Origin: Haloimpatiens sp. FM7330
GTDB taxonomy: Bacteria > Bacillota > Clostridia > Clostridiales > Clostridiaceae
Assembly (NCBI RefSeq): GCF_042688525.2
Contig: NZ_JBHWAB010000001.1
Coordinates: 3,729,278 to 3,761,277, forward strand
DNA: 32,000 nucleotides
Reading direction: 5' to 3'
Shown: in pieces, positions 8,839-17,417 of the stretch
How the letters are laid out: the number at the start of each line of letters is the position of its first letter
How positions within the stretch are numbered: position 1 is the first letter of the stretch
Notes under the pieces: model-generated
What the model saw: only the letters and a program-made list of their open reading frames with translations
The model's database searches: none
What the model was told of the DNA's origin: nothing
Translations under genes and position numbers: made by a program

Positions 8839-10362
8839 TTACGCCATTGCTATTAGAGAAGATATAAATCCCATTGTTCCTCCTAATAAAGCACCAAACC
8901 ATGTAATAGCACTTAACTCCTTACTTGCAATATCTAATATTATTTTCTCAGCAAAAGCTACATCAAAAGAATTTATCTTATCTTCAACAATTTTAGAAAT
9001 ATCTAAAGCTTCAATAACATCAGACGCTCGATTTTCTATAAATTTGTTATACATATTTTCTGAAGTTTTACATATAAATTGTGATAATTTTTCTTCTCTT
9101 CCTTTAAAAATATCTTTTACATTCTTTTGCATCATAGAATTTGTAATTTCACTTATCACATCACTAAGTTTTCCACATAACAATTCACTTTCAATAAAAT
9201 TATTCACTTTGTTGTGTATAACTTTATCTATATTGTTATAAAAATCACTGTCCATATCTAATATTATCTCTTCTAATGAACTACTCTCATCTAATTTATT
9301 TTCTATTTTTTTAATTATTTCCAATAAATTATTTTCTGTTATAACTTTATTTGTAATAAAATTCACAATACTTTTAACACTTTCTTCTTTTGTTTCTTCT
9401 GAAGTATTAGACATTATGTCTGATATATTACTTTGCAAACCTTTATCTATTAAACTATTTATTACTTCTACTACATCTTCTTGATTTTTTTCATTACCTA
9501 AAAAATTATTTATTATTTCCATAAGTTTATTATGTATCATATCCTTACTTAAAAACATAGCTATCATTGGACTTAAATTATTACTAATAGTTTCACCAAT
9601 TATACCTTTTATTTTTAACTGAACCTTTTCTTCTTTTAGCATATTTTTAAGTGTTAAACAAACTTCTCTTTTATGTTCAAAAGTATATCCTTTTAAACTA
9701 TCTACAACACACTCTGGTACTAAATCTTTAATTTTTAATTCACTCTCTTTAACAGATATAATTTGTTTATCTAAAATATTAATTAGCTCTTTATTAATTT
9801 TTTCTTTACCTTCATTATTTAAAAGTTTATTTATTATATTATTTTTGACTTTAATAAAAAGTTGGTTTTCTTCAATTATTTTAAAATCATTTTCTTTTAG
9901 TTTTTGTCTAACTAATTTACATATATACTCTGAAATTTTAATTTTGTTCTCTTTTTTCTTTAAATTTTGAATAAATAGCTGAACCATTTTCTCATTAAAT
10001 TTGCTTATTATTTTATTATAGTTATCCTTAAATAATTCTTGAATTTTGCTTTCTATTGTACTTTTATCTTCCTTAATACTTTCAACTTTCAAAACGATCC
10101 ATTTTCTAAGTTTACCAATTATTTTTTCACTGCATAATGATTCTATCATTGTATCTTTAGTTAATAAGTGATTTCCTACCGCTTCTCCCACACTTTTAGC
10201 TATTCTAGACTTTTCTTTTGGTATAAGTCCTGGTGTAAATGGAATTTTTATTCCACCAATTTTTTTTTCGTTATATGGTCTAAATAACATTTTAATAGCA
10301 AGCCAATTAGTTATATATCCAATAATTGCTCCTGATACTGTAGTAATCAAAATCTTATTCAT
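8839..10362 (-). CDS. DUF445 family membrane-associated protein (YheB-like)
   Basis: N-terminus GAIIGYITNWLAIKMLFRPY...IPFTPGLIPK and C-terminus ITWFGALLGGTMGF are typical DUF445 ends. The middle is long and helical, rich in K, E and N. Confidence 0.75.
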   Translation of the reverse strand: MNKILITTVSGAIIGYITNWLAIKMLFRPYNEKKIGGIKIPFTPGLIPKEKSRIAKSVGEAVGNHLLTKDTMIESLCSEKIIGKLRKWIVLKVESIKEDKSTIESKIQELFKDNYNKIISKFNEKMVQLFIQNLKKKENKIKISEYICKLVRQKLKENDFKIIEENQLFIKVKNNIINKLLNNEGKEKINKELINILDKQIISVKESELKIKDLVPECVVDSLKGYTFEHKREVCLTLKNMLKEEKVQLKIKGIIGETISNNLSPMIAMFLSKDMIHNKLMEIINNFLGNEKNQEDVVEVINSLIDKGLQSNISDIMSNTSEETKEESVKSIVNFITNKVITENNLLEIIKKIENKLDESSSLEEIILDMDSDFYNNIDKVIHNKVNNFIESELLCGKLSDVISEITNSMMQKNVKDIFKGREEKLSQFICKTSENMYNKFIENRASDVIEALDISKIVEDKINSFDVAFAEKIILDIASKELSAITWFGALLGGTMGFISSLIAMA

Positions 10363-10456
10363 ATATGCTCTCCTTTCATCAACTTCAATTCCATATTTTA
10401 TTGATATTTCAACTTATTTATTTTAACACATTTCTTTCATTTTGAAGATATTTAAC

Positions 10457-10488
10457 AAAAAAGAAGCAGCTTTAACTGCTTCCTTTTT
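10457..10488 (-). terminator. rho-independent terminator of metG (hairpin flanked by A/T runs on both sides)
   Basis: Minus-strand GAAGCAG-UUAAAG-CUGCUUC followed by UUUUUUGUU. Confidence 0.75.
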
Positions 10489-10550
10489 ATCCTGTAGCTA
10501 TCTTCACATAAAGTATAAACTTTACTTGAAACTAAATTTTAATTTATTAC

Positions 10551-12500
10551 CTATCTAACTTGACTTCCAGTCGGCAATTCTTGTGGTATTGTAGCAGTAA
10601 ATAGCTTACTATCATCATCAGTTGATGCCGCAAGAATCATACCTTGAGAAAGTTCTCCTCTTAACTTAACAGGTTTTAAGTTAGCAACTAAAATCACGTA
10701 TTTTCCAATTAGCTCTTCAGGTTTATAATATTTAGCTATTCCTGATACTACTTGCCTTACTTCTCCACCTAAATCTACTTTTAATTTTAAAAGTTTATTA
10801 GCTTTTTTAACAGGTTCACATTCTAAAACTTTAACAACTCTTAAATCTACTTTATCAAAATCATCTATAGTAATCTCTGATTTTAAAGGCTTCATTTTTG
10901 GCTGATTAGCTTTTTCAATCTCTTTAAGTTGTTTTTGTCTAATTTCTTCAAGCTGTGCTAATTTCTTTTCTACATCTATTCTAGGGAATAAGTTATCTCC
11001 CTTTTGTACTTTTGAACCAGCTCTTGTTCCATCAAAAGAAGCTAAAGAATCCCAAGATATAAGTTCTACATTTAATTTTTCATTTATCTTATCACTTGTT
11101 GTAGGTAAGAATGATGCTAATAATACTGATATAAATCTTATAGCTTCAGATAAATTATAAAGTACTGTTGCTAATCTATCTTTCTTATCTTCATCTTTAG
11201 CAAGTGCCCAAGGCATTGTTTCATCAATATATTTATTAGATCTCTTTATAAGTGTCCAAATATGCTCTAGAGCTTCTGGTAATTGGTACTTATTAACTGA
11301 TTCTTCAACTTTTTTTGGAATTTGAAGTGCTAATTTAATTAACTCATCGTCAATTTCTTCTTTAGCCTTTGGTGCCGGCATAATTCCATCAAAATATTTT
11401 TGAACCATTGCCACAGTTCTTGAAACAAGATTTCCAAGATCATTTGCAAGATCTGAATTTGTTTTCTTTATAAACATTTCATTTGTAAACACACCATCTG
11501 ATCCAAATGGTATTTCATGTAGTAAATAATATCTAACTGCATCTACACCAAATTCATTAACAAGAATTTCAGGATCAACCACATTACCTTTTGACTTTGA
11601 CATTTTTCCTCCATCAACTAAAAGCCATCCGTGACCAAATACTTGTTTTGGAAGAGGAAGTTCTAAAGCCATAAGCATAATTGGCCAATAAATAGTATGG
11701 AATCTTATAATATCTTTACCAACTAGATGGACATCTGCTGGCCAATATTTTTCCATTAACTTTTCTTGTTCATTATTATATCCCAAAGCTGATATATAGT
11801 TACTTAATGCATCTATCCAAACATATACAACATGTCCTTTGTCAAATTCTACTGGAATTCCCCAATCGAATGAAGTTCTTGATACACAAAGATCTTGAAG
11901 TCCTGGTCTTAAGAAATTATTAATCATCTCATTTTTTCTTGATTCTGGTTGAATAAATTCTGGATGATTTTCAATATATTCTATAAGCTTATCTGCATAT
12001 TTTGACATTTTGAAAAAATAAGCTTCTTCTTTAGCTTTTTCAACTGGTCTTCCACAGTCTGGACATTTACCATCTACAAGTTGAGTTTCAGTCCAAAACG
12101 ACTCACATGGAGTACAATACCAGCCTTCATAACTTCCCTTATAAATATCTCCTTGATCATACAATTTTTTAAATATCTTTTTAACTGTATCAATATGGTA
12201 ATCATCAGTTGTTCTTATATATTTATCATAACTTATGTCCATTACTTCCCATAAATGTTTTATAGTAGCCACTATTTCGTCAACATATTCTTTTGGTGAA
12301 ACACCTTTTTCTTCAGCTATTCTTTGAATTTTTTGACCATGTTCATCTGAGCCTGTTAAAAACATTACGTCATAACCTGTTAATCTCTTAAATCTTGCAA
12401 CCGCATCTGCTGCTACTGTAGTATACGTATTACCTATGTGTAATTTTGCTGATGGATAATAAATAGGTGTAGTTATATAAAATGTCTTTTTATCTGCCAT
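10551..12500 (-). CDS. metG: methionine--tRNA ligase with C-terminal tRNA-binding (EMAP/Trbp111-like) domain
   Basis: The class I motifs are AKLHIGN and KMSKS. The zinc knuckle is CTPCESF...CPDCG. The C-terminal tail reads VDLRVVKV...VANLKP.KLRG..S.GMIL. Confidence 0.97.
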   Translation of the reverse strand: MADKKTFYITTPIYYPSAKLHIGNTYTTVAADAVARFKRLTGYDVMFLTGSDEHGQKIQRIAEEKGVSPKEYVDEIVATIKHLWEVMDISYDKYIRTTDDYHIDTVKKIFKKLYDQGDIYKGSYEGWYCTPCESFWTETQLVDGKCPDCGRPVEKAKEEAYFFKMSKYADKLIEYIENHPEFIQPESRKNEMINNFLRPGLQDLCVSRTSFDWGIPVEFDKGHVVYVWIDALSNYISALGYNNEQEKLMEKYWPADVHLVGKDIIRFHTIYWPIMLMALELPLPKQVFGHGWLLVDGGKMSKSKGNVVDPEILVNEFGVDAVRYYLLHEIPFGSDGVFTNEMFIKKTNSDLANDLGNLVSRTVAMVQKYFDGIMPAPKAKEEIDDELIKLALQIPKKVEESVNKYQLPEALEHIWTLIKRSNKYIDETMPWALAKDEDKKDRLATVLYNLSEAIRFISVLLASFLPTTSDKINEKLNVELISWDSLASFDGTRAGSKVQKGDNLFPRIDVEKKLAQLEEIRQKQLKEIEKANQPKMKPLKSEITIDDFDKVDLRVVKVLECEPVKKANKLLKLKVDLGGEVRQVVSGIAKYYKPEELIGKYVILVANLKPVKLRGELSQGMILAASTDDDSKLFTATIPQELPTGSQVR

Positions 12501-12523
12501 GTTACTTCCTCCTTTTTTTACTT

Positions 12524-12671
12524 ACTCAACTTTCGCAGGTGAAAAATAGCCGCTACGGGAAATGATATCTTGCTCAGAAACCTTTCACTTCAGTAACAAG
12601 TTCAAATGTTTCTTACGCAATATATCATTTTCCTTCGCTAAGCAGTATTTTTTTACTGCCAAAGTTGAGTT
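12524..12671. repeat. 148-bp imperfect palindromic (MITE/REP-like) element in the metG 5' UTR
   Basis: The arms actcaactttcgcaggtgaaaaatag...gggaaatgatatcttgc (left) and gcaatatatcattttcc...tatttttttactgccaaagttgagt (right) are about 80% complementary over ~58 nt. A related partial copy lies at 4259..4330. Confidence 0.7.
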
Positions 12672-12681
12672 AATTATAAAT

Positions 12682-12945
12682 AAAAAAACCTCTACATAGA
12701 ACTTAATTCTACATAGAGGCGCTATTATGCACTGTACCACTCTAATTTATTACTATTTCACAATAGTAATCTCTCTAGGTAACTATCATTACCTTGCAAT
12801 ATAACGGTTGCAGCCGTATTATCCTACTTAAATTTCAGATAATATGTTTAGGGGCCATGTTCATGAATTTCAATATTGCTGACTCTCACCTTACTCAGCT
12901 CTCTTTAAATATATCCCTTCACTACTCTTCCCATCATTACATTTA
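12682..12945 (-). promoter_or_regulatory. T-box riboswitch leader, Met (AUG) specifier, with intrinsic terminator
   Basis: All elements are on the minus strand. Stem I carries AGAGAG...GGUGAGAG. The specifier is GAAAUUC-AUG-A (AUG = 12864..12862). AGUAGGA and the F-box CCGUUA are present. The T-box sequence is AAAUUAGAGUGGUACAGUG (12748..12731). The terminator is CCUCUAUGUAG-AAUUAAGU-UCUAUGUAGAGG plus U7 (12719..12682). Confidence 0.9.
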
Positions 12946-13034
12946 AGAATATAAATATCACACTATTCCTATAATAATATATTTATCAAATCAATATATT
13001 ATTATACATAAATACATAACAAATTATTGAATCC

Positions 13035-13063
13035 ATAATATAATATATATCAATATATGTCAA
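13035..13063 (-). promoter_or_regulatory. candidate sigma-A promoter for the T-box/metG transcript
   Basis: Minus strand TTGACA (13063..13058), 17 nt, TATTAT (13040..13035). It sits ~90 nt upstream of stem I, and other weaker candidates lie nearer. Confidence 0.45.
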
Positions 13064-13080
13064 TAGGTTACATTCTAAAT

Positions 13081-13536
13081 TTATTTGCAATGTTGATTTA
13101 ATTCTTCTAAAATTTCCTCTAAGTTTACTATACTCTCAAAAAATTTTTGTTTTTTTTCTGGTGATAGTTTATCAATTATTTCGTCTAACTGTTTAAGTTT
13201 ATTTTTCAATTCTTTATCTAAACATGTCATCCCATGTTCTGTTAAACTATAAAATGTATTTCTTCTATCTTTGTTGTCTATTTCCCTTTCTATATAGCCT
13301 CCATCTGATAATTTATTAAGCATAATACAAAGACTTGATGTAGAAACTCTTGTTTTTTTGCTTAAATCTTTCAAGCTGCACTTTTTCAGTTCCCTTAAAC
13401 CCATCATAGTTCTAAATTGCTGCATAGTAATATTAGAATTACTTTTATGACTTTTATCATTACATGTAGCTCTTGCATATTTTTTTAATTTCATTAGAAA
13501 TTGAACAAACTTATTAGATATATCTCTAGTTTTCAT
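13081..13536 (-). CDS. MarR family transcriptional regulator
   Basis: Winged-HTH pattern LSKKTRVSTSSLCIMLNKLSDGGYIEREIDNKDRRNTFYSLTEHG. It overlaps the upstream MATE gene by 11 nt. Confidence 0.85.
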   Translation of the reverse strand: MKTRDISNKFVQFLMKLKKYARATCNDKSHKSNSNITMQQFRTMMGLRELKKCSLKDLSKKTRVSTSSLCIMLNKLSDGGYIEREIDNKDRRNTFYSLTEHGMTCLDKELKNKLKQLDEIIDKLSPEKKQKFFESIVNLEEILEELNQHCK

Positions 13537-14881
13537 TTACCCCACTTCTCCTTATAACTACTTTTTCTTTCCATTTACCATTCTTATAATATAATACTGT
13601 TAAAATAAGTCCTGCCATCCATGATGATGGAATTGCCCACCAAATACCAGTAGGTGAATTCAATTTATTTGACAATATATAAGCTAAAAAAACTCTCACA
13701 AACCATAAAGTAACTATAGAAATAATCATTGTAGGAACTGTGTCTCCAGCTCCTCTTAACACACCATTTATAACCTGCATAGTAGCAACAATTATATAAA
13801 AAGAACACACTATATTCAGATAATTAACACCTATTTCTATTACTTTTGGATCCGCATTAAATAATATTATGAGCCATTTACCAAATATATATATTAAAAT
13901 ACTACAAGATACCGCTATTATGCTAGACATAATAATTGTAGATTTAAATCCTTTCTTAACCCTCTCTTCTCGTCCAGCACCTAAATTTTGTCCTACAAAA
14001 GTAGAAATAGCTGTTCCCAAATTCATTATAGGCATAGATGCAAATGAATCAATTCTACTGGCTGCTGTATATGCTGCAACTGTTTCTTTTCCAAATCCAT
14101 TAACCAAAGACTGAAGCACCATAATCCCTAAAGCAAAAAGCATTTGTTGAACTCCTGTTGGAAGACCTATCTTTAAACTTTTTTTGAAAATTTCCTTATC
14201 AAAAGTCATTGTTTTTATGTCAAATTTGAAAACTTCATGAGTTCTATTTAAATAATACGCTCCAAATACAAAGGATACCCCTTGAGCAATAACTGTAGCC
14301 CATGCTGCACCAGCTACTCCCCACTTAAACACAATTACAAATAACAAATCCAACCCTATATTTATTATTGTTGAAATTATTAAAAAATACAAGGGTGTTT
14401 TTGAATCTCCAAGTCCTCTTAAAATTGCACTTATAGAATTATACCCAAACATAGTTATCATACCAAAAAACATTATTTTTAAATAACTCTCTGCTTGAGG
14501 AAGTATTTCTTTTGGCACATTCATCATCATTAATATACTTTTACTAAATAAAATTCCCAATACAGTAATTATTAAAGAAGCTATAAATAAGAATATGTAT
14601 GCTGTATCTATTGTTTTCTTTACATTTTTAATATCTTTTGCCCCATAGTACTGTGCTATAAGTATTGTGGAACCCATAGTAATTCCTATAAGTAATGATA
14701 CAAGTAAAAATATAATTGGGAAACTGGTACCTACTGCCCCTAGTGCCTCAGTACCTATAAACCTACCAACAATTATACTATCAAAAGTATTATATAATTG
14801 CTGAAATATATTTCCTATAAACATAGGAAGTGCAAAATAGAATATAAGTTTCGCCTCATTTCCTTTTGTTAAATCTTTCAT
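13526..14881 (-). CDS. MATE family efflux transporter
   Basis: 451 aa with ~12 TM. N-terminus LIFYFALPMFIGNIFQQLYN..DSIIVGRFIG..ALGAVG, and LRGLGDSKTPL / LRGAGDTVPTM repeats. Confidence 0.9.
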   Translation of the reverse strand: MKDLTKGNEAKLIFYFALPMFIGNIFQQLYNTFDSIIVGRFIGTEALGAVGTSFPIIFLLVSLLIGITMGSTILIAQYYGAKDIKNVKKTIDTAYIFLFIASLIITVLGILFSKSILMMMNVPKEILPQAESYLKIMFFGMITMFGYNSISAILRGLGDSKTPLYFLIISTIINIGLDLLFVIVFKWGVAGAAWATVIAQGVSFVFGAYYLNRTHEVFKFDIKTMTFDKEIFKKSLKIGLPTGVQQMLFALGIMVLQSLVNGFGKETVAAYTAASRIDSFASMPIMNLGTAISTFVGQNLGAGREERVKKGFKSTIIMSSIIAVSCSILIYIFGKWLIILFNADPKVIEIGVNYLNIVCSFYIIVATMQVINGVLRGAGDTVPTMIISIVTLWFVRVFLAYILSNKLNSPTGIWWAIPSSWMAGLILTVLYYKNGKWKEKVVIRRSGVNEN

Positions 14882-14948
14882 ATATTGACCCCCTAACTCT
14901 AATTAATATTTAAATTCGCAATTATTTTATAATGTAATTATTTATGCA

Positions 14949-14984
14949 TAAAATAATTTTAGTATAAAATAATTTTATAGTCAA
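14949..14984 (-). promoter_or_regulatory. promoter of the MATE-marR operon overlapped by two tandem 13-bp palindromes (probable MarR operators)
   Basis: Minus strand TTGACT (14984..14979), 17 nt, TAAAAT (14961..14956). The perfect palindrome TAAAATAATTTTA occurs at 14949..14961 and 14965..14977, 16 bp apart. A half-site-like AAATAATT lies at 14921..14935. Confidence 0.6.
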
Positions 14985-15016
14985 TATCATTTTATTGATT
15001 ATCTTGTAAAAATGTT

Positions 15017-15075
15017 CTTAAAAATTAAAATCCTTGATTTTTAACAATGTATACTAGTTAAGAATCAAGGATTTT
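15017..15075 (-). terminator. terminator after the uracil-DNA glycosylase gene
   Basis: 13-bp perfect stem AAAATCCTTGATT (15027..15039) / AATCAAGGATTTT (15063..15075) with a 23-nt loop, followed on the minus strand by AAUUUUUAAG. Confidence 0.65.
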
Positions 15076-15078
15076 AAA

Positions 15079-15678
15079 TTATATTTCTCCATCTTCTTTT
15101 AATTTTTCATACTTTTCTTTTATACTTTTTAAGTCTCTCCAAAATAAACTTTTTTTACTTTCATCTCTAAAAAGTGCTGCTGGATGAAATGTAGGCATAA
15201 TATAATATCCTTTTCTTTCTATCCATTTTCCTCTATCTCTTGTAATTCTCCAATCACTACCTATTATATATTTCATAGCCGTAGCTCCTAAACAAATTAT
15301 TATTTTAGGTTTAATTAATGCTACTTGATTTCTTAAATATGGCAAACAAGTCATAGCTTCTTCCTCTGTTGGGGTTCTATTTCTATCTGGTCTACATTTA
15401 CATATATTGCATATATAATAATCTCTATCTCTTTTTAAGTCTAACGCTAGCATTCCTTTTGTAAAAAGTTGACCTGCTTTTCCTACAAATGGCCTTCCAG
15501 ATCTATCCTCATCAGCTCCTGGTGCCTCTCCAATAAATACTATAGGTGCCTTCATATTTCCTTCGCCAAACACCATATTTGTCCTTTTTTCCCCTAGTGC
15601 ACATTTATGACAATTTTTACATTCTTCATAAAGTTCTTTCCACTTTAACACTTCAAACCCTTCCTTCATTTCCATCAT
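15079..15678 (-). CDS. uracil-DNA glycosylase, family 4
   Basis: The active-site motif is GEGN...[12 protein letters not shown]. The Fe-S Cys pattern is C..C...CNICKC. The FHPAA motif is also present. The start is uncertain: the ATGs at 15678/15675 lack an SD, and the in-frame GTG at 15651 follows AAGGAAGGG. Confidence 0.85.
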   Translation of the reverse strand: MMEMKEGFEVLKWKELYEECKNCHKCALGEKRTNMVFGEGNMKAPIVFIGEAPGADEDRSGRPFVGKAGQLFTKGMLALDLKRDRDYYICNICKCRPDRNRTPTEEEAMTCLPYLRNQVALIKPKIIICLGATAMKYIIGSDWRITRDRGKWIERKGYYIMPTFHPAALFRDESKKSLFWRDLKSIKEKYEKLKEDGEI

Positions 15679-15984
15679 TCAACATATTTCATAATTTTTA
15701 TTTATTATATCATAAATAGATATTTATTATATATTGTTTTAATTTACAAAATATATTAACATATAAATGATATCTTTCTTTATTTTCACAATTTTTAAAA
15801 TATATTCATTATTTTGAAGGTTTATATTTTAAAAATTACACTCGTATAAACTTTATATTTTAATATTTAACTTCACCAAAGTTAAATTTGTAATAAGCGA
15901 AAGGGGGTTATCATTATCGTATATTCATTTAAAAAACAAACCATACATGATGTATTAAATCTAGCATTACCTGCCGTTGGCGAA

Positions 15985-17280
15985 ATGACACTATATATGA
16001 TGATATGGGTATTAGATACAATAATGGTTGGACAATATGGTGGAAATATTGGGGTAAGTTCTGTAGGAATTAGTTCTGAAATTCTTTATACATTTGTAAA
16101 TATATTTATTGCTGTAGGAATATCCATTAGTATAACATCGTTAGTTGCAAGAAAATTTGGTGCTAAAAAAATTACTGAAGCCGAAGAATATGCAACTTTA
16201 GGTTTATTTATTGGTACCATTGTATCCTTTATTATATTTTTATTTTGTTTTATATTTTCTAAAAACATATTGATTATTGCAGGAGCTAAAAATGAAGTAA
16301 TCAAATTAAGTAATATATACATGAAAATAGCTTCAATAGCTATATTCTTTAATATGTTAACAAATTTATTAAATGGTATATTAAGAGGTTATGGAAATAC
16401 TAAAACTCCTCTTTTTATTTCTGCAATAATTAATATAGTGAATTTAACTCTTGATTACCTTTTAATATTTGGTATTGGTTTTTTTCCTGAGTTAGGTGTC
16501 AAAGGAGCTGCTATAGCCACACTAATAGCTGAAATAACTGGATTTATATTTGCCTCTTCATATATGTTAAAAAACTCTAAAATAAAAATTAAATTTAAAT
16601 ACATTAAATTACTAAATAAAAAAAGATTATTAGATTTAATAAAACTTTCTATACCTTCTTCAATGCAAGAAGGTGCCTTTGATATATGTAAACTTATAAA
16701 TACATTTATGATAATGCATATTGGAAGTATTTCTTTTGCTGCAAATCAAATAACAACATCAATTGAGTCTTTATCTTTTATGCCAGGATGGGGCTTTGCA
16801 ATAGCTGCAACCACTTTAGTAGGTCACAAAATTGGAGAAAAAAATTATAAAAAAGCCCAAGAATATGCACATACCTGTGCATTTCTTGGAACTTCTATAA
16901 TGTTATTATGTGGAATTATGTTTTTAATATTTCCTAATTTTCTGATAAGTCTTTTCATACAAACTACAGAAAAAGAAGTCATAAAATTAGGCTCCTTATG
17001 TGTGATGATAGCCTCAGTAGAACAACCTGCAATGGCACTTTCTATGATTTATGGGGGTGCACTTAAAGGTATGGGAGATACTAGAACTCCTTTTATAATA
17101 TCAGTTATTTCTAACTGGATAATAAGACTTCCTCTTATATACTATGTTATCTATATAGCAAAACTTCCTGTCCATTATGTATGGTGGGTTACAGCTATTC
17201 AATGGGGCTTTGATGGACTATTAATGGTTAAATTATTTAAAATTAAATTCAAAAGAATATATCCAAATAATACAATTTAA
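15985..17280 (+). CDS. MATE family efflux transporter (true start probably upstream at ATT 15913 or ATC 15916)
   Basis: LRGYGNTKTPL and LKGMGDTRTPF repeats, ~12 TM. The upstream in-frame codons encode the usual MATE N-terminus ...VLNLALPAVGE and follow AAGGGGG. Confidence 0.9.
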   Translation: MTLYMMIWVLDTIMVGQYGGNIGVSSVGISSEILYTFVNIFIAVGISISITSLVARKFGAKKITEAEEYATLGLFIGTIVSFIIFLFCFIFSKNILIIAGAKNEVIKLSNIYMKIASIAIFFNMLTNLLNGILRGYGNTKTPLFISAIINIVNLTLDYLLIFGIGFFPELGVKGAAIATLIAEITGFIFASSYMLKNSKIKIKFKYIKLLNKKRLLDLIKLSIPSSMQEGAFDICKLINTFMIMHIGSISFAANQITTSIESLSFMPGWGFAIAATTLVGHKIGEKNYKKAQEYAHTCAFLGTSIMLLCGIMFLIFPNFLISLFIQTTEKEVIKLGSLCVMIASVEQPAMALSMIYGGALKGMGDTRTPFIISVISNWIIRLPLIYYVIYIAKLPVHYVWWVTAIQWGFDGLLMVKLFKIKFKRIYPNNTI

Positions 17281-17310
17281 CTATAATATTCATATATAAC
17301 ACTAAAATAT

Positions 17311-17416
17311 AAATGTGGCTGTCGCATTAAGAGATTTACATACAATATATTGTTTTTCATTTTTTAAATCAACACAATGTATTGTAGTATTTACTTTTAG
17401 TGCGACAGCCCCATTT
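17311..17416. repeat. ~105-nt long imperfect hairpin between convergent genes (bidirectional terminator or REP-like element)
   Basis: AAATG-TGGCTGTCGCATTAAGAGATTTACATACAATATATTGT ... ACACAATGTATTGTAGTATTTACTTTTAGTGCGACAGCC-CCATTT. The arms are ~38 nt with GC-rich bases. Confidence 0.6.
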
Positions 17417-17417
17417 A

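Noticed and set aside
8777-9241. 154-aa plus-strand ORF overlapping the 3' end of the DUF445 gene
   Set aside because: It is an antisense shadow ORF of the kind common in AT-rich DNA, with no SD and no recognisable motifs. The same reasoning applies to the other antisense ORFs. On the plus strand these are 2864..3100, 5040..5243, 6883..7071, 13869..14114, 17719..18042, 19701..19910, 21620..21997, 23554..23847, 24842..25033, 25850..26167, 26690..26881, 28232..28414 and 29433..29750. On the minus strand it is 16086..16322.
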